DNA from: Nemertoderma westbladi | Lineage: Eukaryota; Animalia; Xenacoelomorpha | Length of the DNA stretch: 47,046 nt | Direction of reading: 5' to 3' | Assembly (NCBI GenBank): GCA_032718475.1 | Contig: JAUCBJ010006903.1 | Location: forward strand, 1 to 47,046 | Shown: piece after piece, positions 26,001 to 36,540 of the stretch | Layout of the letters: each line of letters starts with the position of its first letter | Numbering within the stretch: the first letter of the stretch is position 1 | The notes under the pieces: generated by a model | Database searches by the model: none | Told to the model about the DNA's origin: nothing | What the model saw: the letters and a program-made list of their open reading frames with translations, nothing else | Made by a program: the position numbers and the translations under genes

Positions 26001-27758
26001 GCAACTCCTTTTTTACTGTACTAACCCATAGCAACTTCTTTTTTACTGTACTAACCCATAGCAACTCCTTTTTTACTGTACTAACCCATAGCAACTCCTT
26101 TTTTACAGTACTAACACACAGCAACTTCTTTTTTACGGTACTAACCCATAGCAACTCCTTTTTTACTGTACTAACCCATAGCAACTTCTTTTTTACTGTA
26201 CTAACCCATAGCAACTCCTTTTTTACAGTACTAACACACAGCAACTTCTTTTTTACGGTACTAACCCATAGCAACTCCTTTTTTACTGTACTAACCCATA
26301 GCAACTCCTTCTTTACTGTACTAACCCATAGCAACTTCTTTTTTACTGTACTAACCCATAGCAACTCCTTTTTTACTGTACTAACCCATAGCAACTCCTT
26401 TTTTACTGTACTAACCCATAGCAACTCCTTTTTTACTGTACTAACCCATAGCAACTCCTTTTTTACTGTACTAACCCATAGCAACTCCTTTTTTACTGTA
26501 CTAACCCATAGCAACTCCTTTTTTACTGTACTAACCCATAGCAACTCCTTTTTTACTGTACTAACCCATAGCAACTCCTTTTTTACTGTACTAACCCATA
26601 GCAACTCCTTTTTTACTGTACTAACCCATAGCAACTCCTTTTTTACTGTACTAACCTATAGCAACTCCTTTTTTACTGTACTAACCCATAGCAACTCCTT
26701 TTTTACTGTACTAACCCATAGCAACTCCTTTTTTACTGTACTAACCCATAGCAACTCCTTTTTTACTGTACTAACCCATAGCAACTCCTTTTTTACTGTA
26801 CTAACCCATAGCAACTCCTTTTTTACTGTACTAACCCAACAATAGCAACTCCTTTTTTACTGTACTAACCCATAGCAACTCCTTTTTTACTGTACTAACC
26901 TATAGCAACTCCTTTTTTACTGTACTAACCCATAGAACTCCTTTTTTACTGTACTAACCCATAGCAACTCCTTTTTTACTGTACTAACCCATAGCAACTC
27001 CTTTTTTACTGTACTAACCCATAGCAACTCCTTTTTTACTGTACTAACCCATAGCAACTGCTTTTTTACTGTACTAACCTATAGCAACTCCTTTTTTACT
27101 GTACTAACCCATAGCAACTCCTTTTTTACTGTACTAACCTATTGATATAGTTGCTACGTCAGACTAACTCGGGTGGTGGGTAAAGTTATGTAAGGAATCA
27201 CAGATTCATGTTTCATGTATTATTACATTGCGTAGAATTCACATTGACATTAGCAATCGGGTGGAAGTCTTCCTAACCCAAATAGTCACTGTTAACTGCT
27301 GTAATCCTTACCAAGGCCGGTTAATGACTTCTAAACCGTAGCATCTTAACTAACAACGCTTTGCATTGCCTTACTAATTCTGAACACACCACAATTTGTA
27401 TATTTCAGGATATCAAGTTAGCCGACAACGGCCAAGATGGTAGTTGCAGTGAAGTATCCTGTGACTCAGAATGTACTGAAAGAGGTGGGTCTAAGAATAT
27501 CCGCCTTCATTATAGCGGTTATTATTGTAATTTTATTTGACTTGAAGCAAATGTCCTACATGAGTTTAAATACAGTAGGTGAGTTGGAAGTAACTACAGT
27601 ATAATACTGCGATATACCTCATTATTAAACTGATAGTTTAATTATTCTCTCAGGTTGTTGGGGTCCTGGACCTAAGAACTGCCAGTCATGCAAGAACATC
27701 GTTTATGGAGGTGAATGTTTTCCTTGCGATAAATCGAGTAGTGGTTGCTCTAGTTTTG
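4804..27758 (+). CDS. EGFR: Divergent EGFR/ErbB-family receptor gene, ectodomain exons (spliced; possibly a pseudogene; 3' part not found in window)
   Basis: Ten exons with GT/AG ends are collinear with EGFR L1-CR1-L2-CR2. Intron phases match at every junction except 15792 to 24400. Confidence 0.85.
5233..5423 (+). CDS. EGFR: EGFR-like exon, start of L1 domain
   Basis: tttcAG|TT TGC..GAG|GTttgt. Reads VCDGTRNQLSNVWG..CTYIKDNLELVDISNSSVDLSFLSSIRE (compare EGFR VCQGTSNKL..CEVVLGNLEI..DLSFLKTIQE). Confidence 0.88.
5755..5914 (+). CDS. EGFR: EGFR-like exon, L1 domain
   Basis: atAG|GTA GCC..AAA G|GTAAGT. Reads VAGAVIIYNTALKRIPLNNLTIIRGKHVVQNSVCSLFVIKNPDLEYLGIGSLK (compare [25 protein letters not shown]). 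Confidence 0.9.
7415..7781 (+). pseudogene. C-terminal remnant of a Kolobok/Mutator-like transposase
   Basis: LLKRCLGAFTQNQNEAINSILWTRAPK..LSLALHSTVLYFNLG..YAAGAH fits the CLxGxTQNxNExxNxxxWxxxPK..FNxG pattern. The N-terminal part is absent. Confidence 0.7.
7805..7945. repeat. About 50-bp tandem repeat, 3 copies, inside the transposon
   Basis: aacctggtttatatggcttccagcaaacatgaaaaagccaa occurs three times. Confidence 0.85.
8077..9025. repeat. About 152-157 bp subterminal tandem repeat, about 6 copies, inside the transposon
   Basis: gaaaagtgcaa..cggattcagcgacctgaaaaaccccacaagaattataattgg recurs near 8077, 8235, 8387, 8544, 8696 and 8848. Confidence 0.9.
14636..14782 (+). CDS. EGFR: EGFR-like exon, end of L1 domain
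   Basis: ttacAG|AT ATT..AAA T|GTtggt, phase 1 to 1. Reads DIVVGGRSICIKHNAQLCYMNLLNWTDILRTTEDSTRIDIVNNGDKNDK (compare [27 protein letters not shown]). Confidence 0.88.
15596..15792 (+). CDS. EGFR: EGFR-like exon, furin-like cysteine-rich domain (CR1)
   Basis: tttAG|GT AAA..TGC TAT|GTAAGT. Reads CKSVHCDGQCSSGYCSGPDVGDCQTLTYVGCPACNNRCYETETNQKKCCFSECAGGCFNSSADGCY. Confidence 0.92.
16400..16832 (+). repeat. Old dispersed repeat, copy 1 (probably a non-autonomous DNA transposon fragment)
   Basis: Collinear, diverged match to 44826-45322 (catggataca, atggcgccaccat, ggtcaaggtt, ggtgaaacgggaccc, caattgagctt, gacggattcggaa, tcactttctaggcgt). Confidence 0.8.
17371..17432 (+). ncRNA. Minimal type I hammerhead ribozyme
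   Basis: Stem I AGCGCTA/TAGCGCT (extendable by TGAAC/GTTCA); core CTGATGA 17388-17394; stem II GGCCT-gat-AGGCT; GAAA 17408-17411; very short stem III C-gtac-G with palindromic loop; cleavage triplet GTA 17417-17419. Confidence 0.85.
18469..19009. repeat. About 90-bp inverted repeat pair (18469-18559 and 18924-19009), MITE or foldback-like
   Basis: gctgcactcaca..tgcctctgaaatgtgtg..gagcggcatgaaaatatcatgtcgctctccacacaca and its reverse complement about 365 bp downstream. A partial third copy lies at 18595-18642. Confidence 0.8.
19345..23825. repeat. 39-bp minisatellite (gataaactggcagtcattattgtaaatctgtgattatgt and variants), about 115 units
   Basis: Directly visible tandem array. It produces the 13-aa periodic minus-strand ORFs (MTASLSHNHRFTI). 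Confidence 0.97.
24400..24599 (+). CDS. EGFR: EGFR-like exon, end of CR1 and start of L2
   Basis: ttttAG|C TGT..TCA G|GTatc, phase 2 to 1. Reads CPKGYTTYSGSRICVPCEGVCPNTSCTVNFTTLQGSHGLNRNNIKNFEGCKSIKGALVLNWISSFS (compare CKKCEGPCRKVC..INATNIKHFKNCTSISGDL). Confidence 0.9.
24745..24845 (-). mobile_element. tRNA-derived SINE fragment
   Basis: Minus strand reads ..gatcgcctgtcttccaatccgaaggtggaGAGTTCGAGTCCCagg: a B box and tRNA-like stretch; A box degraded. Confidence 0.45.
24953..25146 (+). CDS. EGFR: EGFR-like exon, L2 domain
   Basis: gaAG|AT AAT..AAT AAC|GTAAGT, phase 1 to 0. Reads DNATMFTSIDQLYSLNDIETVSDNVYFIAL..TSFDKILGNLKTIKGQHNN (compare LDILKTVKEITGFLLI..FENLEIIRG). Confidence 0.82.
25452..25619 (+). 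CDS. EGFR: EGFR-like exon, L2 domain
   Basis: tctAG|CCG..AAG|GTgcgt, phase 0 to 0. Reads PSQETFAILGFPKLKSLGMTSLTRIEGPGIRIMNNSKLCYLSEDLFDSMLPSNVTK (compare [27 protein letters not shown]). Confidence 0.88.
25706..27141. repeat. 30-bp minisatellite (ctaacccatagcaactccttttttactgta), about 47 units
   Basis: Directly visible and highly homogeneous tandem array. Confidence 0.97.
27409..27484 (+). CDS. EGFR: EGFR-like exon, L2/CR2 junction
   Basis: tttcAG|GAT ATC..AGA G|GTgggt, phase 0 to 1. Reads DIKLADNGQDGSCSEVSCDSECTER. Confidence 0.85.
27654..27758 (+). CDS. EGFR: EGFR-like exon, CR2 (domain IV)
   Basis: ctcAG|GT TGT TGG..TTT G|GTAAGT. Reads GCWGPGPKNCQSCKNIVYGGECFPCDKSSSGCSSF (compare [22 protein letters not shown]). 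Confidence 0.92.
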
Positions 27759-28029
27759 GTAAGTTAGTATTTCCTACCGGTTGGAATTGCCGAGGCGATG
27801 AACTGCATACGTTTGTATCGGTATCGGTCCAACTGGTTTTGACAAATATACAATATACTGTACACCATCTCCCTTAATACAACAACCATTCTTAGCAAGT
27901 CGGAGCCCCCCCCCCCCCCCCCCTAATTCTTTCAATTTTCAATCATATGCAACGAAATTTTGTAAGATGATATTTCGACAACTTTTCTTACTAATAGTTT
28001 ATTTGGCAATATTTAGCCACCTCAATCGG

Positions 28030-28368
28030 CGCCAGAGGGTAAAAAGAACAAGTGTCGCGGACACGTAGGTGACTGGTGTATTAACGTATAACTGATACCG
28101 GGTAATAATGTTACATATAACATAGGTAAATGGCTACAGTAGCAATACGGTCATACACATAAGCAGTATCACGGTAAAGGAGCAGGTCTGCTATCCAGCA
28201 GTCGGGGTAAAGGTGATACAGCTCCGCAAGCGTGCAGAGCCAGGTAATCAGATAGTCTGACCCTGCTCACCGGGGGACCGGTCTTACACATAGCAGTATG
28301 ACGTCACCCGATGTGTTCTAACTAGTGACCACACAAGGTCTGTCAACCGGCTTGACGGTTGGCTGGCG
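28030..28368 (-). repeat. 3' LTR of outer Gypsy
   Basis: Direct repeat of 39121-39459 with about 6 substitutions seen by eye; termini CGCCAG..CTGGCG. Confidence 0.9.
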
Positions 28369-28765
28369 TGATCCCTTTTTTTCTTTCTTTCTACTTTACC
28401 TTTCGATCTACCTAAATTACTTTCAGTTTCTCGCGAATAGGTACGGTACGTGTTATACTATAACTGTATGCACGATTAAATAAGGACATTTAACCAACGA
28501 TCGGCTTTCCTACTAATAATACTACATATAGAATGAACAGCGTATGAAGACGCCTAACTAAATTACTTTCAGTTTCGTACGGAAAAGGTCAGTCAGTTTC
28601 TCAAATACTACGACGAGTTTATAGCGGATTGTAACAGACTGGCAAAAAAACAGAACTATAGTAAAGGGATACAAATAAGCAAACAAACTATGAGCCAGTA
28701 GTAATGGCCGCTGTAACGCACGGGATACCATAAACACGTAGGAAAACTTGATTATTGTAGTGTAA

Positions 28766-31534
28766 TCATGGTGGAGGAAACCCATAGTAGTCTGGTGGGC
28801 GCGTATGACGCTGAGGACGCCGGGTGTGTGGAGGCACGTTGTCCACATCGTCGAACCAGAGGAACACCTCGTCTAGGGACGAAGAGGGTGATGGGGGGCG
28901 CGCTGGTGCCGGAGGGGGTGTAGTTGGACGCACAGAAGGTACCGGAGGAGAGACCTGGTAATTTCGCTCACCCGGCGGTTCGGTGTTGGCTGGTCGTGGG
29001 GAAGGTAGACCCGCCGACCCCTCGTCATCGTCGTTGGACGAGGGTTCGTTGACCGCAGGTACCGAGGTATCGCGGTAGGGTATGCAATAACATTCGGACC
29101 GCGGAACCCGATAGGCCTGCGAACGCAGTTGGCGACCGACGAACTTCCGGACACTTACCCAGGATTGGTCCATTGTCGCTACAATGTACCGGGGTCGGCC
29201 CTGTAGTTGCGGCGAATCGACGTGGAGGTAGACGATAACACCTACTTCTAACGGAGTATCCCTAGCGCTCTACTGGGATGCGGATTTTTGGACTGTGCAC
29301 TATGGGGATGATTGGCCAAACGACGACGATGTTGCTGGTCGATAAGCTCAGAATCGATGAGGGGGAGTTGAGCGCCAGTAAACTGATCGCGTTGGAGCAG
29401 AAATTCTTGGGCGGATACGCCACTCGACCGGATATGCGCATTTAACCAGGCGACGGCGAGGGACACAATGGAGTAGGGTCCCCCGGAGGGATGGAGTTTA
29501 AGGAGCTCGTCTTCTAATTCGCGAACGGCGTGTTCCGCGACCAGATTTTTGTCTTTATTTTTGGCGCGACCCAACTCAATACGGATATGGTGGGCGGATA
29601 AAACCTTGTCGCCGACTAACGCACGGAATCCGGGTGCGGGATCGGTACGGATGACTGCGTGGGGGCCGCTAAGGGGGCACACACTGACGCACAACGTGAG
29701 GAGGCCATCCCGCAACGTTGTGTGTTGTTCATCTGAGAGGAACATGGCAGCGGAGTACGACGAGGCGGTTTCGCGGAGGATGAGGATGAACTGTCGATGG
29801 CGACGGATGACATCGGCAGCGAATGCGATTCCGATGGCGACTGGAGGGTCACCGGATGACTGCTCGATGGATCGCCGTGGGGCGGAATGCAGCGCGGCGC
29901 ATTGGGCACACTGCGAGTGGATGAATGTGATGGCTTCTTCCATGTCGAGGGCGTAGAAGTACCGCAGAAACGTAACGCGCAGCTGGGTACGCGACGGGTG
30001 CTGCAACTCGAGGTGCAGTGACGTAAGAAGACCAGAGAGCGCATGGCGAGGGACAACGATCATTTCCCGTGGAGCCGAGAACGCGGTGTGTCGAGGAACA
30101 ATGAGGAGTCCGTCCATGGCGAAGGACGCGCAGCCGATGTACCGCTTAATGTCGCAGATGGTCGTCTCCTTCTTGGAGGGACGTGTGCCCTGTGCGAGGT
30201 GCGCCTTGGCACGACGGATGGATGCGCATTCCTGTTGGGTGACGAGCCAGGTACTACGGGTGGCGTACAAGGGACGCGCTGGAGGGGGGGGGGGGGTGTT
30301 CGGTGAGAACCGCCGCATGGATGATGGGTTCATCGGCAAGCTGATTAACGAAGTCGCAGACCTGGCACTATGGATTAACACACTCGGGAATACTGCGACT
30401 TTGGAAGTCAGCTGGTAGGTTGCGCGAACCCTGGATATGGACCACGAGGAGGGAGAACTGGCTCACCATGGCGAGGAAGGTAGTGAGTCTCGGGCTGTTG
30501 GAGTAAGCCCCAGGAGTAAGTTTAGCGAAGGCCTGGACGCAGGGTTTACTATCGGTGACAACGGACGTGCGGACGTGTGATGAACAGCTGCGGCGATGGT
30601 GAGTGCTTCCAATTCGCAAGGAAGCCACGTACGTTGATGGGTTCGCAACTTCGTGGAGTAGAACCAACCCGGCGACGAGGAGTTTCGACTCGCGGCGGAC
30701 ATATAAGACAGTGCCGAGTCCATCGACGCTGGAGGCGGCGTCAGTGACGATGAACAGCTCGTCGGAGGGCCATGGGAGAACCACAGTACGGCATGTTTTC
30801 AGGGCGGCCTGAGCGCGCCGGAACGCACAAGTCGAAGGATCCGTCCACTGAACGATATCGGCGGAAGCGCCGACTGCGAGTTCGTCGAGGTCGGAGAGAA
30901 GTGCTGCGCAACAGGGGAGAACGCGCGCGAGGACTTTATACGATCCCAGGAAGGAACGGAGGGACCGGACAGTGTCAGGTTTATCACAGGTTGCGAAGGC
31001 TAAAACGACATGAGACGATGCGGTCAGGGAGCCAGCAGTCCATTGCCAGCCAAGAATGGTAGTGGAATGCGGGCAAATGACGGTCTTCTTGGGGGATAAA
31101 CGTAAAGAAGAGCGTGCGAGGGCTGTGAGTAGCGCGTTAAAATTTGCGGCTAATTCGTCTATCGTGTTGCCGCCACAATACAAATCGTCTGCGAGTTTAC
31201 TGACGGCGCCCTGCTTGATAAGTTCCCCGAGGACACGGCACATCAGTTCTTCCAAGGCGGTCTCGGATCCGGGCATACCCATGGCGCAGTGGGTATAGAC
31301 TCGCACGCCGCGGAATGGTGTAACAACACCGCAGAACTTCATGGAGTTGCGACTAATGGGGATCTGGTAGAATGCACTCGTTAAATCGGTTTTGATGAGG
31401 AACTTATAGGAGCCAATTTCGTGCAGGGTAGACTCGACACTAGGGAGGAGTGATGGCTGGGGTTTAGCATACCGGGCGATCTCGTTAAAGGCTGTAACGA
31501 GACGAGTTCCTCCGTTGGGTTTGGCGACGAGGAA
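28766..31534 (-). pseudogene. Outer Gypsy pol, 3' part: RT, RNase H, integrase and C-terminal tail (frameshifted)
   Basis: ORF pieces 30368-31342 (extending up to the insertion site: FLVAKPNGGTRLVTAF..KTDLTSAFYQIP), 30463-30723 (WLPCELEAL), 29248-30381 (HHCC plus DDE) and 28766-29173. Confidence 0.88.
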
Positions 31535-31816
31535 TGTAGTGATATGGAATAACTCAAGGGTGAGCGTGAGGCTATATCATATCAGTATATTATGTATTAA
31601 TATGTCAGACAGTGCAGTGCAGAAGTGTACAGGTGTAGGCTTTAGGAAGCCGAAGTGCAGTACTACAGAAGTACTGATGATCAGCTGATCTGCCGATATC
31701 ACTAGGCAACCAACGTAATCAGGGTATACCGTAAAAGTAACTTTTGTAACCAACCACCAAATATATGTAGAATGAAATACAGTATATAAAAGTGTGAACC
31801 ACTGGATGTCACTACA
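31535..31816 (-). repeat. 3' LTR of nested Gypsy
   Basis: TG..CA ends; no differences from 36541-36822 seen by eye. Confidence 0.95.
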
Positions 31817-31921
31817 CCCCCCTTCTAGCTCGTTATGAGTTATAGTCGCTGTGGGGGTTTATGTTGCCGAGTAGGGTAACGGCGGGTGCGTGTAGGCATT
31901 TCGCGTGTGGTAACAATATTG

Positions 31922-34900
31922 TCAAATTTGACAGTTTTGGGTGGCCCAGCAGAGTTGATATCTGCCACGGGTGTGTGTGTTGTGGCAGTGTCGTCGGGAA
32001 TCCTGGGAGTTGCCGCAGAGGCACTGGAGAGTGGGTGGCATCGAAGTGTCGAGAAGTAGGAAGCGACGGTTCCTACTTATATTACAGCTGGAAGGGGTCC
32101 TGACCGTGTATCTACGGTTGGGCCCAGCCTCAACGACCATCCCCTTTCGGTCCCAGCGTTTGGAGTGGGGGTCTTGTATCACAACGTGGTCATGAACTGC
32201 GAGGGGCGGGAGGCTGTGGGCCGCTTTGTTATAGTCGGTAATGCGTTTCGTATGTAGTGGTGGAAGAACTTCATCGAGTCGGCGCCGTGTGGCCTGGTGG
32301 TCCGCCGCAAATGCACTGTGGTGTGCGGGGACGCGAGTACGGAGGGGGTGGCCGTACACTACTTGAGCGGGAGACAGACCGCTCTCCCGTGGGCTGTTCC
32401 TGAGTGAGAGTAGACCCTCGGCAAAGGCCTCGGAGGTGTGAGAGCCACCTACTTTATCTAGAGGGCTCTTGAGGGACTTTACAGTTGCCTCCGCGTGCCC
32501 ATTACCCTGCGGGTATTCCGCGGAGGAGGTAACTGGGATAACACCCCATTCGTTAAGAAATGTTTTCGTCGCTGTGGCGGTGAGTGGGGTGCCGCCATCC
32601 GAGCGGAGTCGGGTTGGTATACCATACCGGGTAAACCATTGTTTTAGCGCCGCAATAGTCTGTAGAGCGGTTGGGGGACCCGGGAAGTTGTGAAGGTCGG
32701 GCCAGCCGCTGTAACGATCGGCGAGGGCGACGTAGTGCCGGCCATTTAGGCTGAAAAAGTCCGCGGATATGTCTTCGAATATCCGTGTTGGGAGAGGTTC
32801 CTGGAGGAAGGGTTCCTTCGGTGGGGTCGATCGGTGGCGAAGACACGACGGACAGCTGGCGACGGATGTCCGAATGTCATTGGTGAGGCCCGGCCAGTAC
32901 ACCCACTGTCGGGCTCGCCGAAGGGATTTGTCAACCCCTTGATGGGGAGTGTGGAGGCGTTCCAACGTGATGGCTCGGGCCGCCTGGGGGATGACGAGGC
33001 GTTGACCATAAAGTACCAGGTCGCCATCTGTTGATAGGGAGTCCCGGAGGGACCAGTAGGCACCAACCGCGGGGTCGCTACGTGAACTGGGGGGGAAACC
33101 GTGCTGGACAGCGGTATGTAGAGAACGGTAAGCCTCGTCTTCCCTAGCAGTGTTGGATAGCTCCTGGAGGACCGGGTCCTCGAGGTGATCCTCGCCGGAA
33201 ATCGCGGAGACGTTGGCGAGTGTAACAGAGCGCAGATTGTAGGCAATCTCGCCATCGTCGACGAGGTCGGCTGCGGTCGGTTGGTCGACGGGTGACCGGG
33301 AAAGCGCGTCTGGGATTGCGTGGTCTTTCCCGCGGCACCAAGTTGTGGTAAATATATACGGGGACAACTTTGACTTCAGCCGCTGGATCCGAGTGTTGTC
33401 AACCTCAGAGTGCCCCTTGCGGTTGAGGATGGTGACCAGTGGTTGATGGTCGGTAACGAGCGTGAAGCTAGGGAGCCCAAGGAGGAAAGTACGACACTTT
33501 GTGGCGGCCCAGACGACTGCAAGGAGTTCGAGCTCTATTGTTGCGTAGCGCGATTCCGTATCGGAAGTGAATCTGGAGCCACATTCAACGAGCTTCCACT
33601 CGACACCGTGGCGTTGGAGAAGGGCGTAGCCGAGCCCTTTGAGGCGAGAAGCGTCGGTCACAAGTCGGGTGTCGAGGGAGACATCAAAGGGAGCCAGTAC
33701 TGGGGTTGTTGTGAGGGCGCGTTTAGTGGCGTCGAAGGCCCGCTGATGGTCGCTGGTCCAGATGTACGGCGACTTGATACTCAGGAGAGGTCGCAGTGGA
33801 AGGAGTAACTCGGCGATGGAGGTGGAGAAAGGAGCTAGTTGTTCCACCAAACCGACGAAACTCCGAAGGTCGGTGAGAGTTTCCGGTCGGGGGAAGGACG
33901 CGATCGCAGAAAGTTTAGCGGGGTCAGCGCGGATGCCATCCGAGCCGACGAGGAAGCCGCCAAACTTCACCTCCGATTTCGCGAGTTGTACCTTGCCAGG
34001 GTGGAGGCAGATACCAGTCGATCTGCAGCGCTCGAGAAAGCGTTGGATGCTACAGATGTGTTCCTCGAGAGTATTATCGTATAGGAGGACATCGTCCACG
34101 ATCTTAAGCATTCGTGGGATACCTCGGAGTGCGTCATCGCCCCGGCGGTTGAATTCGTCGCCGGAAGAAATAAGCCCCATCACACTGCGTGTGTGTTTAT
34201 ATCGCCCCCATGGAGTAATGAAGGTGGTTAGGAGCTGAGATTCAGCGTCTAGGGGTACCTGCCAATACCCATGGGAGGCGTCGAACACTGAAAAGTATCG
34301 AGCAGTGGGGGAAATTTCTGCAACCGCGACTCGTGGATTGGGTGTGGGGTAGAATGGCCGTTTAACCTGGTAGTTAAGATGGCGCAAATCCACACATAGA
34401 CGAAGTTTACCGCTGGGTTTCCGGGTAACTGTAAGCGGGTGGGCCCACTCGGTGGGTTCATCCACACGCTGTATGACGTCGCGGCGTTCCAAGTCATCAA
34501 GGAGGGTTTTTACCTCGTCCCGAAGAGCAAACGGAATCGGACGAGCGCCGTTGGCATGGTAGGGCTGGGCGCCCTCCTTGAGTTCTATATGCATGGGGGG
34601 ACCAGTAATGGTTGACAGAGGGGCGGCCTCGTCGTCGAAAACATCCCCGTAACGGTCGAGAATAGCGCTAGGGCTGTCGGAACCTGAACGACAGGGATCA
34701 GGTTCTAGAACTGCGACCGGTACAGGGGTCCCAGTTGAGGTTGCGGAGACGGCTATGGGATATGGGAAACTCAGGGGGAGGATCCCAAGATCTAAGCAAA
34801 CGGATTTGCTTAGAATTAAACCCTCCGTCTCCGGAGAGAGAATGACTTCGGTAGTTGCAGTGTTGCCACCGGAAGTAATAGAAGCGGGTAGACGGCCGCG

Positions 34901-35191
34901 AGTTTGAAGGGGAAGACCATCCGCTGCGACCAAATCCAGATTCATCGACGGGAGTAGATCCGCATGGAGGCCTCCGAGCTTGTAGAAGAGGTCTTCGCTT
35001 AGGATGGTCGCTGCTGCGCCGCTGTCGGGGAGCGCACGGTGTACCTTTCCCAGATAGGTACCGGTACCGGACAGGGTGAGATCCACCGAGATGTAGTCCA
35101 GTTTACAGACCGCCGCGCTGTACTCGAGGCGGTTGATGGAATCCCGGGATAATATAGTGTTAGTTTTGGTGGGTTTCGGCGCAGGACCGCG
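31922..35191 (-). CDS. Nested Gypsy pol: protease, RT, RNase H, integrase (open reading frame)
   Basis: [104 protein letters not shown]. The true 5' start is upstream in gag, not at 35563. Confidence 0.93.
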   Translation of the reverse strand, partial: RGPAPKPTKTNTILSRDSINRLEYSAAVCKLDYISVDLTLSGTGTYLGKVHRALPDSGAAATILSEDLFYKLGGLHADLLPSMNLDLVAADGLPLQTRGRLPASITSGGNTATTEVILSPETEGLILSKSVCLDLGILPLSFPYPIAVSATSTGTPVPVAVLEPDPCRSGSDSPSAILDRYGDVFDDEAAPLSTITGPPMHIELKEGAQPYHANGARPIPFALRDEVKTLLDDLERRDVIQRVDEPTEWAHPLTVTRKPSGKLRLCVDLRHLNYQVKRPFYPTPNPRVAVAEISPTARYFSVFDASHGYWQVPLDAESQLLTTFITPWGRYKHTRSVMGLISSGDEFNRRGDDALRGIPRMLKIVDDVLLYDNTLEEHICSIQRFLERCRSTGICLHPGKVQLAKSEVKFGGFLVGSDGIRADPAKLSAIASFPRPETLTDLRSFVGLVEQLAPFSTSIAELLLPLRPLLSIKSPYIWTSDHQRAFDATKRALTTTPVLAPFDVSLDTRLVTDASRLKGLGYALLQRHGVEWKLVECGSRFTSDTESRYATIELELLAVVWAATKCRTFLLGLPSFTLVTDHQPLVTILNRKGHSEVDNTRIQRLKSKLSPYIFTTTWCRGKDHAIPDALSRSPVDQPTAADLVDDGEIAYNLRSVTLANVSAISGEDHLEDPVLQELSNTAREDEAYRSLHTAVQHGFPPSSRSDPAVGAYWSLRDSLSTDGDLVLYGQRLVIPQAARAITLERLHTPHQGVDKSLRRARQWVYWPGLTNDIRTSVASCPSCLRHRSTPPKEPFLQEPLPTRIFEDISADFFSLNGRHYVALADRYSGWPDLHNFPGPPTALQTIAALKQWFTRYGIPTRLRSDGGTPLTATATKTFLNEWGVIPVTSSAEYPQGNGHAEATVKSLKSPLDKVGGSHTSEAFAEGLLSLRNSPRESGLSPAQVVYGHPLRTRVPAHHSAFAADHQATRRRLDEVLPPLHTKRITDYNKAAHSLPPLAVHDHVVIQDPHSKRWDRKGMVVEAGPNRRYTVRTPSSCNISRNRRFLLLDTSMPPTLQCLCGNSQDSRRHCHNTHTRGRYQLCWATQNCQI

Positions 35192-35231
35192 GCGATGGTT
35201 GCGGTAAAACCGGCCACTTTTACAAAGTATG

Positions 35232-36461
35232 CCATACTTTGTAAAAGTGGCCGGTTTTACCGCAACCATCGCACTGAACTTCTCGGGCGGGGCAATTGGA
35301 CCTGTCGGTATGTTGCTGGTTACCGCAATTACCGCAATTGCGTGCGCGAGGGTTCCCGCCACGAGAAGAGGTTCTCGTGGATTGTCCGGGAGTTGAGCGG
35401 TTTCCCGAACTGGTTTGCGGTCGATTGGGGGCACCTGGACACATTGGTGAGCGGCCGCGCCGCTGCTTGTATTGGGAAACATTCGCGATGGCACCGGAGC
35501 CGCCGAGAAACGACTGATTTTTGGAGCTCGACTCCCAGTTTTGGCAAGTCTGGACGCAGACATCGAGTGTGGGCCGGGGCAAGACTTTTAAGAGCTCCTG
35601 TTGTGTCTCGGCGGAGTGGAGACCGACCAAAATTTGTGTTACAATTTGGTCATCATGGCAATGTAGGCAGAGTTCGGCGAGGTCAGCGAGGTGCTGGAGA
35701 GTGATGTAGAAGTCGTCGAACATCTCCTGTGGGCCCTGGCGGCGTTTATGGAAGGCCAAGCAATCCAGGGCAATGCTGCGTTTGGAACGAAGATGATCCC
35801 GCAGACCGTCGAGTACGAGTTTCATAGTCATGGCGTCGTCGTCGGGATCCGGTTTTAGGTGGACTCGGACGACTTCCTGGAGTCCCGGACCTAATGCAGT
35901 CAGGAGAGTATAAACCTGTTCGCGGCGGGGGTATGTCTCCGCCCGCTGGCGGTTTGCGTTATATTCCCAGCTGTCCCGCCAGCGACGGAAAGCGGGAAGG
36001 TCGACGGAGGTGTCGATTCAGTCGAGGCTGTCGATCGAGATCAAGTGCCGTCGTCCGGGGGGTCCGGGGACTGGTGCCACGGGGGCTAATGCCGGGTTGG
36101 CAGGGTCGACATTTTGCTGACGAGCAAGTCTGTCGAGAAGGTCCCGAAGTTATGGATCGGAACGGGCCTGTTGTTCCTCTAATCGGCGATTTGCTTCTGC
36201 CTGCTGTCCGCGGTGTTTGCGTTGTTGCTGTTGCATGAACTGCAGGAGTTTATCCATGCCGCGTGGATTTTACTCAGTTTCGATAGCGGATTCGATTGCG
36301 GATTGTAGCGTAGTTCTAAGCTTCACAACCGATGTTTTGTTGTCATGCGGGATGCGGGTGTCATCACAGTATTGCAACAGTTCGGCATGGGTTAATGCGT
36401 TGATCTCGTCGTGGGTTAGATCTAACCAGGGTTTATCCTCGGCGTATTCCGCTTCTGCCAT
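35232..36461 (-). pseudogene. Nested Gypsy gag with three in-frame stops and a disrupted second CCHC knuckle
   Basis: ATG at 36461; stops at 36270-36272, 36150-36152 and 36018-36020 in one frame; FHKRRQGPQEMFDDFY..; [34 protein letters not shown]. Confidence 0.85.
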
Positions 36462-36540
36462 CGGAACGTCAATGAACGTGCGATAAAAAAGGGTAAACCC
36501 GCGAATCGAGTTCAGGAGTAAGTGACTACTCGCAGCGCCA

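Noticed and set aside
25711-26634. 307-aa ORF (LLWVSTVKKE)n
   Set aside because: Translation of the 30-bp minisatellite; no real start codon context.
35232-35563. N-terminal part of the 1213-aa ORF as real protein
   Set aside because: It is the off-frame reading of gag, caused by the 40-nt inverted insertion.
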